This document shows, piece after piece, positions 63,326-64,000 of a stretch of DNA of 64,000 nucleotides. Both the position numbers and the translations under genes were made by a program. This DNA is from Squalus acanthias (lineage: Eukaryota). The stretch lies in the NCBI GenBank assembly GCA_030390025.1, contig CM059433.1, positions 30,506,001 to 30,570,000 on the forward strand, read 5' to 3'. Under the pieces are notes generated by a model. That model did not search any database, had not been told where the DNA came from, and worked only from the letters and a program-made list of their open reading frames with translations. Position 1 is the stretch's first letter, and each line of letters starts with the position of its first letter.

Positions 63326-64000
63326 TCCATTATGCCAAATTCCTTTTCCTACAGGCAATCCTGCACCAATATCCAACATTAGACACAGGGGTCTCATCTC
63401 AGTAGATAAACTCTACTCTCATTTGTACAAGAGCTCTCAAACCTTTCCTTCTGGGCCTATCTCTTGTGGTGCGAGTTCTGATAGAAAATTACCTGTTCAT
63501 ACATCTTTAAATTTCCAATTTCTTGGTCTACTGACATGTGCCTAACACGAGAGCATTCTCATTTATTTTTCACTTACAAGCATCTCTGAAAACTGAAAAT
63601 CACAGTAATACCCCTTTTTTCAGTCAGAGTACACAGGCTTTAGGACAAAGTTCTGGGCTGTCAGGTGGGCACTCAAGCAAACTTTAATCTTTGCAACGTG
63701 TTGGGGCTGGACGAAATAATGCACGCATTGGAGGAAGTTGGAAAGGGGGTCAAGAAAGGTGCTTAGAAATCAGTATACAGCTAAAGTATAATCAGTCTTT
63801 AACTCCCCACAAGACATACATACCTATCATACACACACACACAAATATACAAAGGCTACAACGCAGAAAGTGGCCATTTGGCCCCACCGGCCTTTGTTAG
63901 TGTTTACCTTTCATGCAAGCAATTAGTCCTAATTAGATTTACACATCCCTTTCCCATATCGCCTCAACCCCTCTCCCTTCATCCACCTCTCCAATCTTAC

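Noticed and set aside
63493..63541. Possible micro-exon on the minus strand (ag...gtaatt, HMSVDQEIGNLKMYEQ)
   Set aside because: Weak acceptor and no similarity to the EYS segment expected upstream.
1..64000. CRISPR array, operons or rRNA
   Set aside because: No regularly spaced repeat-spacer array or rRNA similarity; the sequence is vertebrate intronic DNA.

Overview
Eukaryotic, repeat-dense vertebrate DNA, most likely a shark or other cartilaginous fish (inferred from the CR1/L2/Deu-type SINE/Penelope mix). The window appears to lie inside the large EYS (eyes shut homolog) gene on the minus strand. Two spliced coding exons are visible: 39156-38887 (linker + EGF repeat) and 16249-16079 (start of a laminin-G domain), separated by a 22.6 kb intron. 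The rest is presumed intronic and mostly transposon-derived: many CR1 and L2 fragments, tRNA-head SINEs, a full-length frameshifted CsRn1-like Gypsy element (33673-38103), a 1.6 kb solo LTR (25719-27353), a hAT deletion derivative and Harbinger-type remnants/MITEs. The most striking structure is a 4.65 kb Penelope-like (RT + GIY-YIG) insertion (53050-57703): two head-to-head, near-identical ~2.1 kb arms with uninterrupted ORFs, each ending in a minimal hammerhead ribozyme motif, inserted into a CR1 with a 14-bp target-site duplication. I found no convincing wholly new system; the Penelope palindrome/ribozyme set is the best lead. Boundaries of old repeats are approximate and family names come from motif recognition, not database searches.
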